Shown: positions 1 to 12,551 of the stretch, piece by piece
Numbering within the stretch: position 1 is the first letter of the stretch
How the letters are laid out: each line of letters starts with the position of its first letter
The notes under the pieces: generated by a model
What the model was told of the DNA's origin: nothing
Seen by the model: the letters and a program-made list of their open reading frames with translations, nothing else
Database searches by the model: none
NCBI GenBank assembly: GCA_017654855.1
Contig: CM030338.1
Location: forward strand, 682,001 to 746,000
Reading direction: 5' to 3'
DNA: 64,000 bases
DNA from: Podospora anserina
Taxonomy: Eukaryota
Program-made: the position numbers and the translations under genes

Positions 1-528
1 GGTGAAAACCATGTAAATAAACGTTGTGGTGATTAATGGGATGTAGAGCCGCAACCATCGCCGAAACAACGCGGATCCCAAATTGTCAGCAAGCTTTGCC
101 TGGTCGCCTGATTGGATCAAGCTCATGGGCTTCATCGAGAGGACATATCCCGAGATGACGAAGAAGGTAGCCACGGCAAAGTGGCCGCCGTGGAAAAGGA
201 TGCGGACGAAGGGCAAGGCTGCGAAGTAGCAGTAGCCATCATAGCAAAACGCCGACTCGAAGAACAGCCTCTGATCGGGCACGTGAGCCCAGAGTTGGTG
301 GTGGTGAATGTAAACGAGAAAAGCGGCAAAGCCCCTAAGGCCATCGAGATATGCCGTCGGTCGTAGTTTGTCTGATTGTCCATGTGTCCTCGGCCATGGG
401 CTGAGAAGTCGCCATATCTTGTTGACCCGTAGGGAAGCCAGCATCGATATCACGGCCGAGAGTGGGCCTGATGAGGCGTACTGATGCTTCCCCTGTCTGG
501 ATTCCAGCTCAATCACGTCGCTGGGCAT
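1..528 (-). CDS. Acyltransferase family 3 (OafA-like O-acyltransferase), 5' part; runs off the window edge
   Basis: Manual translation from ATG 528 is open to position 1: MPSDVIELES...KLRPTAYLDGLRGFAAFLVYIHH...GGHFAVATFFVISGYVLS...LFRRWLRLYIP. The LDGLRG, FFVISG and RRxxRL motifs are typical of Acyl_transf_3. Absent from the ORF track because no stop lies inside the window. Confidence 0.88.
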   Translation of the reverse strand, partial: MPSDVIELESRQGKHQYASSGPLSAVISMLASLRVNKIWRLLSPWPRTHGQSDKLRPTAYLDGLRGFAAFLVYIHHHQLWAHVPDQRLFFESAFCYDGYCYFAALPFVRILFHGGHFAVATFFVISGYVLSMKPMSLIQSGDQAKLADNLGSALFRRWLRLYIPLITTTFIYMVFT

Positions 529-2212
529 CGTGGGCGACGGTGGTTGAGCGGGATCATGAAATGAAAGTTTCTCTCTGGGGAGTGGCTGGAACCCTCGTGA
601 ATGTCGTCGTCGTTGATGAGTTGCCGTTGCAAAAAGGTTGGAATTTGTGAAAAGGGGGCTTTATCGCTGCTGACGGTTTGTTGTGCCCAGAACACTCAAT
701 GCAACCCTGGCTTCAAGGGAGGTGATTGGACGTTTGCGTCCACACCCAAGGTCTTGGGAGGATCAGATTCAGGGCCAGGTTTCTCCAGCTTTAATCGCCA
801 CGGCTGGACTGATGCGACAACGTAATGCCGTGTCTCCAGAGGGAAGGGCCGCGTGAGGATGGATAAGACAACATCGTGACAGTTTAATAAGAGCCTGGAC
901 GCGTTGAAAACATCTGTTTGTGGGGGTCGAGATTGAGCTGTGGGGAGCCAAGACATCAAAAGCGAGCACGGCAAGCTGGGAGTTACATAATCAGTGAAGA
1001 CTTTCTCCCTAGACCGCATTCCTACATAGCACTTTACACCGGGCAATTGCATGAGAAGCATTCGCATTCCCTCCCCTCCTGTAATTTACGTCGCTGGAGA
1101 TTATCGCTTTGAACTAACGGTTGAGCATTTTCACTTTTCGACTCGTCCTCAGTCTCGACACCTGACAACAGACAACAGCAGAGGACCGGGGTAGGAGCGG
1201 AGCAAGCCGCCATGTCGGGGGGCACTCCTTGCTTTCCCCATACTCTTGGCAATGTTGCGCCGAGAAGAGCACAAGGTCTGATATCCACCTCGACATGATG
1301 CTATTCTCTGATATCAGGCTGTCAAATAGCTACGGTTTATGATATCACTATGCTAATCGTTCTCTACACTACAGGAATGCCCTAGTTTGAGCTTTCATTG
1401 TGCCTGTTCGGTATGGATGTGTTCGCTGCCTCCAAAAACAAGTGCGGAGGCATCTTCACATGCTGGCTGAAGGCCCTCTCAAGTCCCGCGGCTCAATCCA
1501 AACTGGAACCAGCTCCGCGCCCACCATGCAGGTGATGGCGCCTCCCCATCGATCTCAACTGCTGGGGAAGCGGAGAAATCGAGGGGAAAAGACAACCAAG
1601 ACAAGCTCAACGGCTGCACCAGTGCAACCCTCACGCATCATCATCCTTGCCGGCCCACCTGCCACTTTCTGGTAGAGATCGCTGTGTGGTACCTTGTGCC
1701 TTCCAGCCTGGGAGGCTGAAGCATCGTCACTGGCCACGGCAGCATGGGAGATGGAGAGGGCCCTCACCATGGCGCCTCTCCGCACTGAGACAGTCCTTGA
1801 ATCTCCACCACCCTAGCCAGTAGTTCCTGCGCCCGTTCTCTGAGCCAGGGTGTCGCTCTTATAAGCCAACCTCTAGGATTGGCCAGAGAGACGATCAGAG
1901 AGGGACTGCCTCCAGCAACTGGACCTGATCACATCCTGTTCCTTGGACAGGCCCCGGCACTACACCTTCTCTCCCCGCCGTGACATTCAGCCATGTGCGG
2001 GCAGCCTGCTGGAGCACGCCCCCCCAGATTCTAGTACTCCTCGGCAAAGCTTGTGACCGACCTGGCAGCCCGCGCCCCCTTTGATATCCTCTTATTATTC
2101 GTCCGTCTCCCCTCTCCAAACCTGACCTCCATGCGTCGTCCGGTACCTGTCAAGTAGGCCAAGACGTTTCAAAGACCGTCTTGACAGCGCAAACCACACA
2201 CCAGAGCCGCCC

Positions 2213-3796
2213 ATGATGAAGTGGAGGCCAGCCAGGTTGAGCTCGCCGCTCTCACCACTCCTGCCAACAACCCCCTTGGCCTCTCCGACTCTGAGCGTTC
2301 CCTCCAAACTCCGAAACCGGATTCCCTCGCAGATGAGGAGGACCTTCCCGGCCTACATCCTCATCGTCACCCTTCTCATCCTTCTCTTCAAAGCCGAAGT
2401 CTTTCCCTCCCAGCCAGCACCAGTCGGCTCCTCCTCCTCCGCCATCACGAGGAGAAGCCACCTTCAGAAACCCCTCGGGAGCAGCAGCTCCTCTCACCAC
2501 CAGTCACCGCAACAAACCGGCGACTTCCCCAAGAAGATCTGGCAAACCTGGAAGGTCGACCCGTACAACTTTGCCAAGCGGGACAAGAACACGGCCCGGA
2601 CGTGGACGAGCAAGAACCCGGGGTACCGCTACGAGGTGCTCACCGACCACAACGACCTCCTCTATGTCGAGTCCAAGTACGGGTCCGGGCCCGGCGGTCT
2701 CGACCGTCCAGACATTGTCGAGTTTTACAAGACGGTCACGGCGCAGATCATCAAGGCGGACTTGCTGAGGTATATGATTATGTATGCCGACGGGGGGATT
2801 TATGCGGATATTGATGTCGAGGCGCTGAAGCCGGCCGAGCGGTTTATTCCCACGAGGTATAATATCACCGATATCGACATGGTGATTGGGGTGGAGATTG
2901 ACCAGCCCGAGTTCAAAAAGCATGAGATTCTGGGGGGGAAGTGCATGTCATTTTGTCAGTGGACGTTTATGTGCAGGCCCGGGTTGCCGGTGATGCTGAA
3001 GCTGATTGAGAACATCATGAGCTGGTTGGAGGAGCTGGCTAAGCAGCAGAATGTGAGTAGTGTTGGGGAGGTGGAGTTGGCGTTTGATGAGGTGATTAGC
3101 GGGACGGGACCGTCGGCGTTCACGGGGGCGATTTTGGAGGATATGAATTCCAAGAGGAAGGGGAAGGGCGGGCAGAAGATTACGTGGGACAATACTTTTC
3201 ATAATTTGGACGAGTCGAAGCTGGTGGAGAGGGTGTTGGTGCTGGACGTGGAAAAGTTTGCGGCTGGTCAGGGGCATTCGAACAGTGGGAATCATGACGC
3301 GAGGGGGGCGCTGGTGAAGCATCATTATCATGCGAGCAACTGGCCGAGCAAGCACCCGAGGTTCAAGCACCCGGCGTATGGGGAGGTGGAGAGGTGTAAT
3401 TGGGACGCCGAGTGTGTGAGGAAGTGGGATAAGGATGTCGCCCAGTGGGATGGCCTCTCGGAGAAGCAGAAGAAGAAGATTTTGGACCGGAAGCAGAAGG
3501 AGTATGAGCTGGAGATGGAGAGGTTGAAAAAGGAAAAGGAACAGGCCGAAGCGCTAGAGAGGCTGGGACGGGCGGAGAGGGAGAGGAAGAAGCGTGAGGA
3601 GGAGGAGAGGCTCAGGAAGAAGGAGAGGATGGAGGAGGTTTATCGGAAGGCGGTGGAGGAAGACAAGAAGAAGAAGAATCAACAGATCTTGCTGGAGGCT
3701 GCTGGGCTAGGACATAAGGAGTCGACGCCGCCTGGGCCTGGGTTTGTTGCTCCGGCTCCATTACCTGGACCTGGTGTGTTTCCGCCTGCATTATGA
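2213..3796 (+). CDS. GT32 (Och1-like, DXD) glycosyltransferase with charged coiled-coil C-terminal tail
   Basis: 527-aa ORF with an N-terminal TM anchor (AYILIVTLLILLF) and motifs FPKKIWQTWK, KADLLRYMIMYADGGIYADIDVE, FCQWT and TGPSAFT; E/K/R-rich tail. Confidence 0.9.
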   Translation: MMKWRPARLSSPLSPLLPTTPLASPTLSVPSKLRNRIPSQMRRTFPAYILIVTLLILLFKAEVFPSQPAPVGSSSSAITRRSHLQKPLGSSSSSHHQSPQQTGDFPKKIWQTWKVDPYNFAKRDKNTARTWTSKNPGYRYEVLTDHNDLLYVESKYGSGPGGLDRPDIVEFYKTVTAQIIKADLLRYMIMYADGGIYADIDVEALKPAERFIPTRYNITDIDMVIGVEIDQPEFKKHEILGGKCMSFCQWTFMCRPGLPVMLKLIENIMSWLEELAKQQNVSSVGEVELAFDEVISGTGPSAFTGAILEDMNSKRKGKGGQKITWDNTFHNLDESKLVERVLVLDVEKFAAGQGHSNSGNHDARGALVKHHYHASNWPSKHPRFKHPAYGEVERCNWDAECVRKWDKDVAQWDGLSEKQKKKILDRKQKEYELEMERLKKEKEQAEALERLGRAERERKKREEEERLRKKERMEEVYRKAVEEDKKKKNQQILLEAAGLGHKESTPPGPGFVAPAPLPGPGVFPPAL

Positions 3797-4246
3797 TGAA
3801 GGGATGGCGAGGGGTGTTGGGATATTGAGCGAGTTAGACTTGATTTTATGGCAGCAAATAATAATGTATTAAGATGATTCCCAATGGCATTTGTGTGACT
3901 GTGGGTGATGATGTTTGCTCCAATCAGGGTGTCCATCTTCACACTCTATTTGACGGGTAACTGCAGGCCAGTGAGGACAGGGGCTGGTTGCCCCTCTTTT
4001 GGTAAGCGCACCCCGGGTCATCCTTGCGACTCAGGTGCACGGATCAGCCTGAATCAGGCACCAAACCGCCCGCCGCCGAGAGTGGAGCGGTGCCACCCCA
4101 ACCTTAATTATTTCCCCCCAGATTCCAGCCATCAATTCCCCCACACACAACACCAGACACGACACATTCCACCTCCACCTTCAAACGGCTGGCTGTGTGG
4201 GAACAGAGAGACACACAGACATCATCGTCCGATACAACCCTACAAC

Positions 4247-5842
4247 ATGAACAACCGCAACGTCTATCACACCTATGATCCGGCGGTCGACGGGGATGAG
4301 ACAGATGGCTTTGTTACTGCCTACCGAGAGTGGGAAGAGTCCGCTCATCGCCATAACGCTATAAGCCAGGACTTCGCCAAACAGTTCCAGACCCTGTGGC
4401 AAAAGTGCCACGAGCTCGAAACAGAATGCCTGGAGCAAAAGAAAACAGTCAAGCTCTGGCAGCAGGAGGGTCGGAAGATGGAGCGTGAACTCAACTATTA
4501 CAAGTCTGCTGCTGTAAGGATGGAACCTCGCCCTCCGCCCCTCATCCACAGGCTGACCCCAGGACCCCTAGGAAAATGCTGGCTTTGCCTTTGTTATTAT
4601 TGATGGTGACGGCGCCGTCTTTGACGAAGAGTTAATTGCCCTTGGCGAGGAAGGCGGTAAAAAGGCTGCCCATGAGCTACACAAGCACCTTAGGGAATAT
4701 ATGCAAGAGGAATGCGAACTGCACAACCTTGACAATATATTTGTTCACGTCGTCCTTAACGCCCAAGGCCTTTCCAGCGCTCTCGTTCAGTCAGGCACCC
4801 TGCCAACCGGCGACTACGCCGCCGTGACCAAGTTTGGCCGTGGCTTCTGTCGAGCCCAGCCCCTCTTCTCCTTCACTGATGTTGGCGGTGGCAAGGAGCA
4901 GGCCGACCACAAAGTTCGCAAGCTATTCGAAATGATGGAGAAGAACATCCAATGCAAGTTCCTTGCTCTGGCCGGCTGCCACGATAACGGATACGCTACC
5001 TTCTTGGAGTCCTACCGCAATAATCCCAAGATTCGCCTTCTCGAGACCACCCCGGCCGCGGCTGACTTTCGGAACTGTCACTTTGATCGTTTCTCTATTC
5101 CAACTGTCTTCCGCTCCGAAGCTGTCCCCAGCAAGCCCGGCTCATCCAGGCCTGTCACCAACAAGCTGGCTACCGTCACCACCCAGGCTATGATGAATTC
5201 TCCCAGTCCTAAGCCTCCTTCTCCCGCCTTGACGACCGCCTTCAGGCCCAAGCCTGCCGAGGCCATCAGCAATGGAGGCAACAGTTATGCGGCTATTGGC
5301 AAGGCGGCTCCTAGTCAGACGTTCAGCATTGTGCCCAGCAAGAAGAAAAATACTCAACAGGCTTTTATACTGTTTAATAGGGATGACGAGCGTGTCGATG
5401 CCCCTCTTCCCAAGGCCGACCCCCTGGTCGTTAAGAGAATGGAGGAGCAAGCCAAGGCAATCGGGGCCAACTTTTGTAACAGATACCACCTCTCGCCGAA
5501 TGGCACGGGTTGTAAAGCTGGCGACAACTGCAGTTACTACCACTCCGAGACCAAGCTCAGCAAGCAGGAGATATTGGCCCTGAAGCACAAGACCAGGAAA
5601 ATTGTCTGTAATAACGGTAGCATCTGCGACGACTTTTCTTGCAACCTAGGGCACCATTGCCAAAGCCCGGTCGGTTGTTACTTTGGCTCCGAGTGCCGAT
5701 TCTCCAAATTCCACGGCATGGACATTGTGAGTCTTTTGGTGTCTTTAGGTGCTATTTTTGTTGTGGCATTTTTGCTAACAGCATGCAGACTCCGACCCTT
5801 AAGGTCTATGAGGATGGCACAAGAGAGGTCATCTCTAACTAA
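4247..5842 (+). CDS. CCCH zinc-finger protein with N-terminal coiled coil and IDGDG/GCHDNGY domain (3 exons)
   Basis: ATG 4247; introns ~4514-4571 and ~5727-5789 (GT..AG with branch sites). Spliced product contains VIIDGDGAVF, GGKEQADHKV, AGCHDNGY and C-terminal CNRYHL..C..C.Y.H and C..C..C..H fingers. Confidence 0.8.
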
Positions 5843-6214
5843 CCGCACCAGCCCGCCGGACCGGGCCTTGTTGGATTATAGTATTATTTATAAAGTATGA
5901 CCGGATCCATGCTTGCTTTTGATGCGAGCTGGCTGGCTATACGCGTTGGGAACTCAGGCGGTGGAGGCCCGATGCAGAGTTTGCAACAACTCAAAAGAAT
6001 AATGCGTTGATACAACGTCAAAGCGGCCTGATTCATGTTGGATTTCACAGCGGGATGTATGGTCAGCGCACTCAGTCTTTACTTTATGTAGACCCATCAA
6101 CTCGATGATTTCTACTGAAAGGGACACCGTCTCGTGCCGTCACTTGTGAGATACCTTGTGGATTGAGAAACAGTCCAATTGTCAACCTGGTCCGCGCTCC
6201 TTGGCTTCGTCCCT

Positions 6215-7162
6215 CTAGCTCCCTCTCCTCCTTTTCTGACCCCTCCCAGACTTGTCCCTTCCCCTTCTTGGCCGCTTTGCCGACGTAGGTCCGCCACCTG
6301 GCGAGTCCCCCGCACCGTCGACCTGGGTCAGTTCGAGACTGATGTCTTCTTCCTCCTCCGCTTCCCCAGCATCTGTCCCTCCACCGAGATTGCCGCCCGG
6401 TTCCGCGTCGTTCTCCACACCACCGCCAACCACAGAAACGCCCGGCTCGGCACCAACATTATCATCATTGTTATCATCATCGTCGTCCGATCGAAAGCCG
6501 TAATGATCATCAGAGTCGTCATTCATGGTCATGTTGAAGGAGGGATCCTCAAGGTCATCCTCATCCTCTGTGTCGATGTGGTTTGCAGGATCGTTCAGCA
6601 GCCTCTCCGTATTTCTGTCCTTTGCGTTTCCCAAGTACTTCCCCAAGATTATCTGAAAGGCCATCCTTGCGTTGCCCGGCGCCTCCACCCTCTTCTCATT
6701 CAGCACGTGGTTGAAGAGCGTGGCGCAGGCCCAGAACCGGCCGACGTGTATGCCCGGGTTGTCCTGCCAGTCCCCTCTGGTGTTCCTCCCGATTATCTTG
6801 CTCACGTCGGGGTTGTTTTTGTGTTTTGACAAGCCCCTTACGAGCAATCCGGCCATGTAGCCCAGGCGCCTGCCGAGGACGGGGTGTTTGACGTATTCCT
6901 TTGCGGCTTTGACGTTTGGGAGGTTGAAGATTTGGCCCTTGCCTGTGTTGCCCCATTTGGTGCCCTTTAGGCAGGGGAGCATGCAGTAGTGCCAGTGGTG
7001 CCGAGGGCTGGTTCTTTGCCTTTTTTTGATGTCGGCGTAGCAGGTTTGCTCGTGGGTTTTTCCTTGGATGGAGTCCTTGTCGGCGAGGTTTTGGCATTTG
7101 ACGAAGTGGTCGAACTCATCATCGACGGGGTCGTCGGGGGGGCCGGTTGGATCTGCGGACAT
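6215..7162 (-). CDS. Divergent DUF1810-like protein with acidic tail and basic C-terminus
   Basis: Motifs FVKCQ, HWHYCMLP, AKEYVKHPVLGRRL, CATLF and D..TERLL resemble the DUF1810 pattern from recall (RFVxAQ, HWMWFIFP, AYLxHPVLGxRL, SMTLF, DxxTLxLL). Confidence 0.7.
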   Translation of the reverse strand: MSADPTGPPDDPVDDEFDHFVKCQNLADKDSIQGKTHEQTCYADIKKRQRTSPRHHWHYCMLPCLKGTKWGNTGKGQIFNLPNVKAAKEYVKHPVLGRRLGYMAGLLVRGLSKHKNNPDVSKIIGRNTRGDWQDNPGIHVGRFWACATLFNHVLNEKRVEAPGNARMAFQIILGKYLGNAKDRNTERLLNDPANHIDTEDEDDLEDPSFNMTMNDDSDDHYGFRSDDDDDNNDDNVGAEPGVSVVGGGVENDAEPGGNLGGGTDAGEAEEEEDISLELTQVDGAGDSPGGGPTSAKRPRRGRDKSGRGQKRRRGS

Positions 7163-7635
7163 GGTTTCTGACGTGGGGTTTTGGTCTTGCGAGGGGGAAA
7201 GCGGAAGCCAAAGTTTGCAAAGACACTGCTGGTCTTGCGAGTTGAGGTTGGGGAAAGGTTGGTTACGGAGATAGTGAAGCAAAGGCGTAAAAAGGCTCGA
7301 TCAACAAGTCAGAGTTTCAAGAACAAGCAGCGGACAAAAGAAAGGGTCTCCGCCTCCGAACGAAGTCGGTCTCGCAAACAAAGAGCCGCCTGTCCCCCAT
7401 TCCGGAACAACGTGTCGAGAGCAGAATAAAGAAAGATTTCTTTTCCTTGGAGCGGAAAGAGCCGTTGTCAAGAAACACGCCAAAACGGGATAGGGGGGCT
7501 AACAAATGCCTTGATTATGTGTTACCAACTCCAACTTTGTCTCCGATCCAACCCCCTAATCCAAGTAAACAAACCACCACCCCCTTTTCCCTTTCAAAAG
7601 AACAAAGCCCTCCCCTTTTTCCCTTGGCTACTCAC

Positions 7636-8534
7636 TCACCCCCTCCCTACCAAAAACTCATCAAACCACCCCACCGCCTGCAAAAACGCCCCCTCCTTCC
7701 CAAACCTCTCACTCTCCACACTATAGTTCGCCCTCACCGCAAACCCATGCGGCGTCCCCCCATAAACACCAACCTGATACCTCCCCCCGGCCCCCAGAAG
7801 CAACCCCTCCACCTCCGCCCTCCTCGCCGCAGTAAGCAGCTCATCCCTATCCGCCGCCGCGACACTGACCGGCTTTTCCACCCCGCTGATCTCCTCATCA
7901 GTCAGCAGACTCGGGTGCGCGGCAAAGGCTACGTCTGCCCCCCCTGGGGAAGGGTTGACAACCCTGAGTGCGTACCGCCCCCCAAAGCAGTAGCCCGCCG
8001 CGGCGATACTCGAGATGTTGAGGCTGCCGCGGAGGTGGGAGATGGCGGAGGCGATGATAGGGTCTGTGACGGGGGGTTGGTGAGCTGCTAAAAACGCCGG
8101 GATGGAAAAGTTGGCGGAGGCGGGGTCGTTGATGTCCGACGGGGCGGGGGAGCCAGCAAAAAGGTCTGGGACGAGGGTGAGGTAGCCTGCCCGGGCGAAG
8201 GAGTCGGCTAGCAGCTTGTTTTGGAGGAGGTTGAGGCCGAAGACGTCGGTGAGGAGGAGGATGGCGGATTGGGACCGGGGTTTGGTGCGGGGGGATTTGG
8301 GGGGGGGCGGGGAGATGTAGACTGTTACTGTGGGGGGGTGTTAGTGATAGGACAAAAAAAAAAAGGGGAAGGGGATATACGGTTGTTGGCGATCTTGATC
8401 TCTTTACCTGCTGGCTCGCCGGTGTGAGCGAGGATGGAGGCGTCGATGGGACCGCCGGTGTTCTTTTTGGCTCCGGGGTCGGCTTGGACGGCGCCAAAGA
8501 CGAGCAAGGCGCTCGTGATGATGGAGGAACGCAT
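7636..8534 (-). CDS. Secreted dienelactone hydrolase family protein (2 exons)
   Basis: Signal peptide MRSSIITSALLVFGAVQA; intron 8380-8328; motifs LLTDVFG, LADSFARAGY.TLVPDLF, nucleophile GYCFGG, AHPS and HGFAVR. Confidence 0.9.
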
Positions 8535-9450
8535 GGTGTTTGATGTCGATGGGTTGAGGCCGGAAGGGAAGTTGCGTCTTCCATCAACGGGACGAGACGC
8601 CTATAATATATAAGGAGGCGACATCGTCAACCTTTCCTACCAGGGTCACCATGACGATCAGGGCCCTTGCATGCAATTGATTACCTGCATCACATCCATC
8701 CACACCCGAGCATCTTTACCGAAGAAGCAGAATAAAACCGGCGAATTTCCCGATTGGGATCCGGGCTCTCCGATGTACCTATTTTGCCGTCTGCTCACCA
8801 TCGGGATGTTGGATGTTCCCTACATTGTAAAGTCCGCAGTCTAGCACCTAAAGCCGATGGCCCGGTACTATTGTCACATCTTCTCATGGCCAACATTCCC
8901 TCGCTACCAAAACTCATAGGTTCTGTAGCGCAGTACCTGGCCACTTGCAAGCGCACGAGTGAACTACGCTCTTTGGATTGTATGGTGATAAATCCTCAGA
9001 GCGACTACCCCTCCCTGACGTAACAGTCAACGGTGTTAATACAACCCAAGAAACGGCTTATATCTCTGTCCCGATTAACAGGTGCCTGCGCGGGCTCTCG
9101 CCGAAGCCACCGCCCTCCTCTCCTCCAGATCAACAACTGCCGGCTAATCCCCCCAACCACCTCGCTGGCCCACGCGTACACACGGCGCATGCGGTAGTTG
9201 CCTCCGGGTCTGCTGATGCTCATTAAAATCTATTCTTTAGCCCTATCAAGACATTATCGTCATCAACACCATCACCCACACCATCCCCTCATCGTTTGTA
9301 CACAACAGGGCGTCGTCACCAAAGCCCCCATGAGTGTACACCCCAAACTTTCCAACACATCCAGTTGTCCGTTGCAAGCATGTACACATTTCCGCTGCTC
9401 CGTCTATCATACGCCTTCATGAGATTCATCACGCCCCTACACCGGGCTCG

Positions 9451-11752
9451 TCATACTTCATCCCCAGCAACGGCTTCATAACCGCCTGATCTGCCAACCC
9501 TCCCTCTCAGCACATCCATCACAGCCGGACTCTCATACATCTCCGTGTAGTTCACCGGTTGTCCACCGAGCATCGCGGCGCCAGTCTCCCTCTTGCCGAA
9601 CAACGGCGCAGGGTCACACCAAAAGTCCTTGCAGTTGGTGACGCAGCCGCGGTTGTAAGGGTTTCTGCTCTTTCGCTTGTTGGCTGGGTTGGTGGCAGCT
9701 CCCTTGCCGCGGGCTGTTCGCATAAAAATGTCAACTCCGAGGAGTCGGCTCATTGTCTTGAGGATGCCGCCATGTTTGTGGCCATGCTTGTGGCCGTGGC
9801 CACCTTCGCCGGCGGCGGATCCGGAGGGAGGTTGCTGTGTCGGATCCAGTGGGGCGCCAGTCGAGGTGAAAGCGGATGCCAACGAGGTGGCAGAAGTGTG
9901 GTGGACGCCAAACATGTTCTCGTAGGTCGTCATGGCGCGGGCGAGCTGGATCAGCTGGACAGACAGAAGCATGGACACCCAGACGAGCTGGAGCGATGCC
10001 CAGATGGCCGTCAGCATCGTGTAAGCGTCGGCGTTGACGACCTTGCAGATGGAAGGGGCGAGAAGGTTGCATTCTTCCGAGGCATCGGGTGACACAATGT
10101 TGAAGTAACGGTAGGTGAGAAAGTCGTAGATGATAATGGCGAGGGTCAGGTTGATGAGGTACATGAAGAAGTGGCGGTGGTTGTTGATGCCGACGCAGTT
10201 GTAGACCCACGGGCAGTGATGGTCGTGTTTGGCAACACAGCGCTGGCACCTACGGCAGTGCTTGCTGCGCAACGGAGTCCGGATCATGCAAGTAACACAG
10301 AAATGGGCCTCGTCGTACTTCCACTGGCTGATCAGCTCATCAATGACCGCTCTCTGCTCCGCAATACCGTTCATCTTGGGTACGAATCCGGGATCGTCGA
10401 CCATGGACCTGACGTAGAAAAACCCAGTCAAGCCAAGGGTCACGGCGAAAAGGAAGTTGAGCAGGTAGGTCCCATCTTCGCCAAATGCTGTGGTGGGAAA
10501 GACAGTAAACAGCCAGTTGAGCCCTACCCAGAAGAGCGAAGCGGCAAAAATACCGGTCATCCAGGGCTACATTCAAATCAGCAAGAACCTCCGCAGACAG
10601 CAGGCAGCATAGGGGGAAGCTTACCGTCTTCTCAAACGACCTCATATCAGGCGGCGCATAGGCGGTAACCTGTTGGCCAACCCACTGGATCGAATAAGCC
10701 ACAACGAGCCCGATGGGAATGCCCGCGTAGACCGGCATCCCAGCAAAGATGTGCAAAGTCGCCCAGACCAGGACGAAGGGCCACAGGAAGAAGAACTTGG
10801 TCGTGAACCCCCTCCTATCCTGCAAAAGGTAGCTCGATCCCGGCCAGCTCGGTATTATCGCATTGGCGTCCTCATCGTAGCCGCACTCGTGGAGGGCCTT
10901 GTGCCATGCGCCTGCCGTGTTCAGCTCCTTAGCTGTGATGGAAGGGGTCTTGCCCGTCGTGGTCTTGGCGAACCGATCGGCGCCGTACTCGAGGAGCTTC
11001 TGAACACACCCAGCGCTTCCCTTTACGAGTGCCCAGTGCAGAGCCGTAAAGCCTTGCTCGTCCTTGGCGTGAACGCTGGCGCCCCATCGTAGAAAGACGT
11101 CGACGCAAGCCGGATAGCCCTTGTAAGCAGACCACATAAGACCGGTGTGACCGTAGGCATCTTCCACATCCACCGGTATGCCCTGGTGTAATAACAGGAC
11201 AATCAGAAGAAGGTTCCCGTTAAAGGTGCTGATGTGTAATGTGTTGTATCCCTGAGCATCGGAGATCAAGGGGTCGGCGCCGTGTTGGAGCAGTAGGTGG
11301 ACGGTGTAGTAATGACACCGCTGAGCAGCCCATTGTAATGGTGTGGCCACACTCTCGCCTCCTTTTCGGTTGATCTCGGCGCCACGGCCGATCAGGAACT
11401 TGCACATGGCATACTGGTTGTTGATGGCCGCCCACTGCCAAGAAGAGAAATTGTCAGCTTCATCCAGAAAGAGCTGGGCAGAAAAATAACAAACATGTAA
11501 TGGGGTTATCCCCTCGCCGTCGGTGTAAGTCGCATCGTAGTCGCCCGTCTCAAACAGCTTCTCCATGCCGGCAATGTCGCCCGTCCTTGCCATCTGCATA
11601 ATGTCACTCTGGGCTGGCTCCCCGTCGCCGGGGAGGTTGCCCAACTCGACCTCATTGTTGAGCTTTGGGGTGGCCGTGTCCGACTTGGATGGAGGTTGGG
11701 CGGGCGCGCCGTTCGCCGAAGGGGTCGCTGATGCGTCGGGACGTTGCGCCAT
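9451..11752 (-). CDS. AKR1: Palmitoyltransferase AKR1 (ankyrin repeats + DHHC), 3 exons
   Basis: Ankyrin repeats (TPLH^WAAINN, TPLQWAA, TALHWAL) followed by TMs and FCVTCMIRTPLRSKHCRRCQRCVAKHDHHCPWVYNCVG plus TTYE; two GT-AG introns join the ORF-track pieces. Confidence 0.95.
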
Positions 11753-12551
11753 CGTTCAGGATGGGCTTCTGTGGGGTGCTGCCTCCTGAATAATCCGGTC
11801 CGATCTCGAGTGTCCAGTGGTGGGCAGTAGGCAGCCGAAAAGCGAAGTTGGGAAAGCCAAGAATATGGAGATGCCCCGGCGAGTTCGGACTGACTTGACC
11901 CCCTGGCCGCTGCTCTGCTTCGGTGCCCTGATCGATGGCGTCTAGTAGATCCGGATGGGGCGCCAAAGAAGAGGAACTGGACTGGACATGCCACAAAAGA
12001 TGGTGCAAGAATCAATGACGTTGGTTGAAGACTAGAATCTTTCCCCAGGAATTTCTTCAGCGACAGGAGCACAGGAGCCAACAACTGTTGCTTCTGCATG
12101 CGCGAACGACGCAGCGAGGCTGAGCCAGGGTCTCCTTTTGCATCTCGGGCGCTGATTTGTCAACCGCTGCCTTGGTGGTGTCGGGTCTTGTTGCGGGAAC
12201 CCCACCACTCCCACCTGCGGCTGTGCGTCTGACCGCCACTGACAGCCCTGAGCAGCCCCACAGAAGCCCCATAGCGCGCGTCTGTTTCTTCTCTGCCCTC
12301 GGCCTTGTGGGGCCGTTGACCGCGAAGTGCTACGTAACGAACAACTATTAAAATTCCCATGAGCCGATCGGACCACGCTGTCGGATGACGGGTGGCCCCA
12401 TATCAACACACTCGGATCTCAACCTCCCGGACCCAGCCAATCTACAGGGTCAATCGCGCCAAAGAATAAGAGTCCAGCTCTAGCTCCCTGTCCTCAACCA
12501 CCTCACCCACCACCTTCTCTCCCTCTCCTGGAAAGGACATCCTCAACCATC

